Shown here piece after piece: positions 59,497 through 64,000 of a stretch of 64,000 bases of DNA. Position 1 is the stretch's first letter, and each line of letters begins with the position of its first letter. The notes below the pieces were generated by a model. That model was not told where the DNA came from and made no database searches. It worked only from the letters and a program-made list of their open reading frames with translations. The stretch is taken from positions 509,462-573,461 of the forward strand of contig JBGAHS010000008.1 of the NCBI GenBank assembly GCA_044226015.1. Direction: 5' to 3'. This DNA is from Candidatus Obscuribacteraceae bacterium. GTDB taxonomy: Bacteria; Cyanobacteriota; Vampirovibrionia; Obscuribacterales; Obscuribacteraceae. The translations under genes were made by a program, and so were the position numbers.

Positions 59497-60750
59497 ATGA
59501 CGGCTTCAACTAGCAAGGAAACACATCTTTCATCACTTTATGCTGACCTTGGAAAAGAGTTGGAAAAAGCGAAAGAAGAGAAAACCTACAAATATGAAGT
59601 TCCACTTGATGGACATCAAGGCGGAGTAGTGCATGTCGCAGGAAAAGAATGCGTCATGCTCGCATCCAATAACTACCTGGGTTTAGCAAACCATCCCGTA
59701 ATAGTTGAAGCAGCAAAAAAAGGATTGAAAGAATACGGCTACGGGCTGGCTTCAGTTCGATTCATCTGCGGTACACAACCACTGCATAGAAATCTGGAAG
59801 AGAAGATTGCGGAGTTTCTCGGAACAGAAGACACAATTCTATTCTCTTCCTGCTGGGCAGCAAATGAAGGATTCTTCAATGCCATGCTGGGTTCAGACCT
59901 GGGCAAAAAAGACTACCGCGACATAATTTATAGCGACAAGCTAAATCACGCGAGCATCATAGATGGTGTCAGACTTTGTCGTATCGCCGTCAAAACGACG
60001 GACGCAAAAGCATACAATCACAATGACATTGCTCAGCTAAAACAATGGCTTGAAGAAGATACAAAAGAGAATCACCGCATCAAGATTATCGTTACCGATG
60101 GTGTTTTCAGCATGGAAGGCGACACAGCTCCACTTCCAGAACTGGTGAAACTAGCTCGCGAACACAACGCAATGCTTTACGTTGACGAGTCGCACTCGAC
60201 AGGTGTACTCGGAAAAACAGGACGTGGCACACCTGAAGAGCAGGGAGTTCACGGGCAGATAGATGTTATTTCTGGAACCCTGGGCAAAGCACTCGGCGGA
60301 GCCGCAGGTGGCTTCATCACCGGCAAGCGCGAAGTGGTCGATTTCTTGCGTCAGAAGGCGCGCCCTTACACATTCTCAAACACAGTGCCACCATTCATCG
60401 CTATGGCTTCTTTAGCGGCTATTGAACTGCTCGAGAAAGATAATAGCCTGGTTCAGAAGTTACAAGAAAACACAAAATATTTCCGCACCGAAATCGTCAA
60501 ACTTGGTTTCACCATTATCGAAGGCAATCACGCAATCGTTCCTGTGATGCTCGGTGAAGCTCCAGTTGCGATGGACATGTCGAAGGAATTGCTCGATCTC
60601 GGTGTTTACGTTCGGGGGCTCTGGTATCCAGTGGTTCCAAAAGGCGAAGCAAGATTGCGCGTTCAAATTTCTGCAGCACACAGAAAAGAAGATCTCGACA
60701 AAGCCCTGGATGCTTTTGCCAAAGCAGGCAAGAAGCTAGGCGTCATCTAA
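59497..60750 (+). CDS. kbl: Glycine C-acetyltransferase (2-amino-3-ketobutyrate CoA ligase)
   Basis: [71 protein letters not shown]. Confidence 0.95.
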   Translation: MTASTSKETHLSSLYADLGKELEKAKEEKTYKYEVPLDGHQGGVVHVAGKECVMLASNNYLGLANHPVIVEAAKKGLKEYGYGLASVRFICGTQPLHRNLEEKIAEFLGTEDTILFSSCWAANEGFFNAMLGSDLGKKDYRDIIYSDKLNHASIIDGVRLCRIAVKTTDAKAYNHNDIAQLKQWLEEDTKENHRIKIIVTDGVFSMEGDTAPLPELVKLAREHNAMLYVDESHSTGVLGKTGRGTPEEQGVHGQIDVISGTLGKALGGAAGGFITGKREVVDFLRQKARPYTFSNTVPPFIAMASLAAIELLEKDNSLVQKLQENTKYFRTEIVKLGFTIIEGNHAIVPVMLGEAPVAMDMSKELLDLGVYVRGLWYPVVPKGEARLRVQISAAHRKEDLDKALDAFAKAGKKLGVI

Positions 60751-60782
60751 TCAAACTCAAATAATTACACAAGGAGTCAATA

Positions 60783-61427
60783 ATGACTGTTCAGGAAAAG
60801 GATATCGTTGCCGACCTCGAGTGGCGCTATGCAACCAAGAAATTTGATGCCAACAGAAAAATCGATGCCAACACCTGGCAGAAGATTGAGCAAAGCTTGA
60901 TTCTTAGCCCTTCCAGCTTCGGTTTGCAACCCTGGAAATTTGTTGTCGTAACAGACCAGAAGAAGAAAGAAGAACTGGCTCGTTTCAGCTGGGCACAGAA
61001 CCAACCAGCAGATTGTTCGCATCTTGTCGTGATTTGCAGAGTCAGCAACGTTGACTCTGCATACATCGATCACTACCTCAACACGATTGCAAAAGTCAGA
61101 GGCATCGAAGCAAACTCTTTGTCAGCATACAAAGATATGATGGTGAACAGTATTCTGAAGATGGACACTGGCACACAGGCTGCCTGGACTTCCGCTCAGT
61201 GTTACATCGCGCTGGGAGTGCTGATGTCAGCTGCAGCGGCTCTTCAAGTTGACAGCTGCCCGATGGAAGGTTTTATCAAAGAAGATTATGATCGCATCCT
61301 CGATCTGAATTCGAAAGGATTGCATAGCGTGGTTGTGTGTCCGCTTGGATATCGAGCAAATGATGATAAGTATGCCTCACTCAAAAAGGTTCGCTTCCCA
61401 GCTTCCGAAGTGATTCTGCACATCTAG
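60783..61427 (+). CDS. NfsB-like NAD(P)H nitroreductase
   Basis: WRYATKKFD, SPSSFGLQPW, DSCPMEGF, KKVR motifs. Confidence 0.92.
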   Translation: MTVQEKDIVADLEWRYATKKFDANRKIDANTWQKIEQSLILSPSSFGLQPWKFVVVTDQKKKEELARFSWAQNQPADCSHLVVICRVSNVDSAYIDHYLNTIAKVRGIEANSLSAYKDMMVNSILKMDTGTQAAWTSAQCYIALGVLMSAAAALQVDSCPMEGFIKEDYDRILDLNSKGLHSVVVCPLGYRANDDKYASLKKVRFPASEVILHI

Positions 61428-61431
61428 ACAA

Positions 61432-61716
61432 TTAGACTGCTTCAGCAAAGCTATCTTCGATATCGCCCATCGCAACCAGCGCTGCTTCACCAAGTGCAAT
61501 TTCTATGAGTTCTTGCACTGAAGTATTTAGTGCGCGTGCGCAGTCTTTCAAAATTGCCGGAGTGAATTCCAAGAGCCCCTGCTCAAGGGTTCGGATGTAT
61601 GCTGCGTTCTTACCGAGTGCTTTAGAGAACTCGACAGTATTTATTTCCAACACCATTCTGCGAGTGCGAACGGTTTCGCCAAGAACAAGGTTCAAGTTCT
61701 TATCAGCGTTATTCAT
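61432..61716 (-). CDS. XRE-family helix-turn-helix protein
   Basis: LGETVRTRR...FSKALGKNAAYIRTLEQG...CARALNTSVQELI; GAGGT before ATG. Confidence 0.8.
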   Translation of the reverse strand: MNNADKNLNLVLGETVRTRRMVLEINTVEFSKALGKNAAYIRTLEQGLLEFTPAILKDCARALNTSVQELIEIALGEAALVAMGDIEDSFAEAV

Positions 61717-61960
61717 GATATTTGTACCTCTCGCCAATTTCGGGATCAATAATGTCTCACGGAAATCAGCTTGGAGATCCGTAGCAGGAATACAGGATCC
61801 CCCCAGATCCTTACATACAGAAGCCTACAGAGGATCCGATCAGATCGCCAGATCGATACATATCACATATACAGCTATCAAGCACTTCTTGCCTAATTTC
61901 CTCTGCTATATCGAATAAGAAAGACCGAGACCAGCGCTGCTAAGACATCGGATCATACTA

Positions 61961-62001
61961 GAAATTAGTCTCGGCAGTGTTGCTTGTCTTGCGAGCCTGC
62001 C
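61961..62001 (-). pseudogene. 41-bp remnant of an Rhs core
   Basis: 37/41 identical to 63537-63577 (QARKTSNTAETNF vs QARKTSNSAETNF), followed by a stop. Confidence 0.7.
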
Positions 62002-62013
62002 CGGAATGTGTCT

Positions 62014-62418
62014 CTATTCGACAGAATCTAGGCACTCTTTCATCATCTGTTGAATTAAGATCTTGTCGTCTGGTTTTCCGTATTGACTGCCGCCATGAAT
62101 AAAATTTCCATTCTTGATCCAAAAGACTTCTCCATTGCCCTGAGGTTTTATGCTCAGTTTGCATAAAACCTCATCTGTTATGCTCTCGTCAGCATCGACA
62201 AACAAAACTGTGAAACCAGCTGATGGCATGTAGTGGCAAACATTTTTTAGAAAGAAACGAAGGGATTGCACTGATGGACCACTCCAGGCCGCATGAACAA
62301 AGAGGGCTCCTGCCTTTATGTAAGATAAATCAAGATTCTTCCAGTAGACAATTTCATATTGCCCTGTAGACAGGCCGTTCTTTTCGCAGTAAGACTTGAT
62401 ATCACCAAGGAAAGACAT
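62014..62418 (-). CDS. Putative Rhs immunity protein, thioredoxin-like fold without CxxC
   Basis: Starts immediately after the Rhs stop; LFVHAAWSGPS...LFVDAD...GEVFWIKNG. Confidence 0.7.
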   Translation of the reverse strand: MSFLGDIKSYCEKNGLSTGQYEIVYWKNLDLSYIKAGALFVHAAWSGPSVQSLRFFLKNVCHYMPSAGFTVLFVDADESITDEVLCKLSIKPQGNGEVFWIKNGNFIHGGSQYGKPDDKILIQQMMKECLDSVE

Positions 62419-62419
62419 T

Positions 62420-64000
62420 TTATTTTCCAACCACCATTCTAATTATCTGGAATAAAACTGGCATGCCACCAGCTGAAAGAGGATTACCTATACTTGAGTT
62501 GGTTCCTAAAACTGCTTGGGGTCCGGCGGTTACGGTTGCTCTATTACCGATGGCATTTGCTACCTCTGCGCCTTGGAAAGAACCTGCTGGCTGCATTATC
62601 GTTATGTTAGTTCTGGGTCCGGATAACCTCTTAATTTCTGAAAGAGTTTGAGGGTTAATGGGAGAACTTCTTAGGAATATGTCGCTAGCGGATCCGTTCA
62701 TCATGTTGCCAGTCGACGGACGACCGTTTATTAGATGCTCCGGCGTACCTGGCGTAACGACATCACGAAAATTGGGTGCGGCCTCCATTTCTCCGAATAT
62801 ATTTATTTTCTGCCCAACTTGATTGGGATTAAGAAGCGCAAGGGCCGCTGTTGCTACTGAATCTGCAATACTTTTCCCAAGCTTGTTTAGTGGGGAGATG
62901 GGATCGCCCCAGTCGGTTTTTCCAAATGGTCTTCCACTGGACAAACCTCTAAAAAATTCCAGAGTTTCTCGTAGGATCGGATCATCGATGGAGTTTTGAA
63001 ATACAGGAGAGCTAGGTGCTCGATAAGAGCCGGTTAAGCCGAAGGAATCCGAAAAATTCACAGCATCATTTGCAACGTAAGCATATAGATTAAGATCTCC
63101 AGCATCAAACCCAATGGGATCTGGCTGCAAGAACCTTCCTATTGACGGTGAATAAATGCGTGCCTTGTAATTGTACAGCCCCACTTCAGAGTCATAGCGT
63201 TGCCCTGTATAGCCGAATGGCGTGCTGGTAAGGCTTGGGGTTTCACCAAAGATTCCGTATTCCCACTTCAGAGTCATAGCGTTGCCCTGTATAGCCGAAT
63301 GGCGTGCTGGTAAGGCTTGGGGTTTCACCAAAGATTCCGTATTTGTAGCGATTCAAGACGGCACCTGAATTATCTGTGCGGGCAATCACTGATCCTAGCC
63401 TATCATGATGAAGGTAAGTCTTGGTAGAGCCAGAAATTTTGATGAGGATCTCGTCTGCCCTGTTTCCTCTGATATACCTGTTTACCAGCGCATCTCCGTC
63501 ATCAAATTCGGCAATCATCTGCTGCCCGTCATATAGGAAATTAGTCTCAGCAGAGTTGCTGGTCTTGCGAGCTTGCCTGTTGAGCGGATCAAGAATGTAG
63601 TCGTTAGTCGTTCCTCCAAGCACGACTAGAGTCATCCGATTGAGCACATCAAAAGTTGCTGCGAATGGTCCGCCGGTCAAGCAGCCATTTTTGTTGTAAG
63701 AATATCCGGTGCCCGCAACTGAGGGATACTGATTGAGGTTGTTCGCAGCGGAATACACCGTGGTGGCAGATGCACCTGGAGTCCAAACGAATGCCTTGTT
63801 GCTGCAAGACATGGCAATCGCCTGGTGCACTTTGTTATAACTGTACGCGAAGTTTACACTGCTTCCGGTGAACTCTTGATTCAGTGCAGTCAAATCATCA
63901 TTAATTGCGTATGCATAGTCGCATGTGCAGCCATTCTCATAGGTAACTAGAGTTCGCCTGGAGAGATCGTCGTAATCAAAATGGACAGCTGCCGTGCTGC
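62420..64000 (-). pseudogene. Rhs/YD-repeat toxin gene, 3' part, frameshifted by an 82-bp tandem duplication; open to the right edge
   Basis: YLHHDRLGSV, FGYTGQRYDSEVGLYNYKARIYSPSIGRFLQPDPIG, NLYAYVANDAVNFSDSFGL, then a variable C-terminal domain; split across ORFs 63243.. and 62420.. Confidence 0.88.
63180..63343. repeat. Exact 82-bp tandem duplication
   Basis: 63180-63261 equals 63262-63343 (cccacttcagag...gattccgtatt). Confidence 0.95.

Overview
Bacterial chromosomal window, most likely from a non-photosynthetic cyanobacterial relative (Vampirovibrionia/Melainabacteria, Obscuribacterales-like). This is an inference from the expanded Ser/Thr kinase-TM-TPR proteins, the giant Gly/Thr/Asn-rich surface protein and tRNAs without encoded CCA. 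Left to right: the 5' 9.4 kb of a giant (>3100 aa) minus-strand adhesin-like gene missed by the ORF track; a tandem two-module histidine kinase with complementary degenerate halves; a REC-degenerate GGDEF protein; a transporter/hydantoinase-A/DUF309 cluster; two Hanks kinases; a ~123-bp palindromic repeat array; the CP-ATP-grasp/alpha-E/transglutaminase operon; a three-tRNA cluster; secreted and TPR proteins; an atypical kinase; a GlgX enzyme fused to a long membrane/HExxH N-terminus; etfB-etfA-ETF oxidoreductase; DUF885 and thioredoxin genes; tdh-kbl-nitroreductase; and the 3' end of an Rhs toxin gene frameshifted by an exact 82-bp duplication. The best candidate for an undescribed system is at 33344-34276 (minus strand). 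A sigma70-like promoter precedes a structured leader with two Leu/Tyr-rich mini-ORFs (MNKMNTLLLSLVAPLPSYYLA and MLLYYLY), followed by non-canonical tRNA-Leu(UAA), tRNA-Leu(AAG) and tRNA-Tyr(GUA). This suggests a tRNA operon controlled by leader peptides made of its own cognate amino acids.
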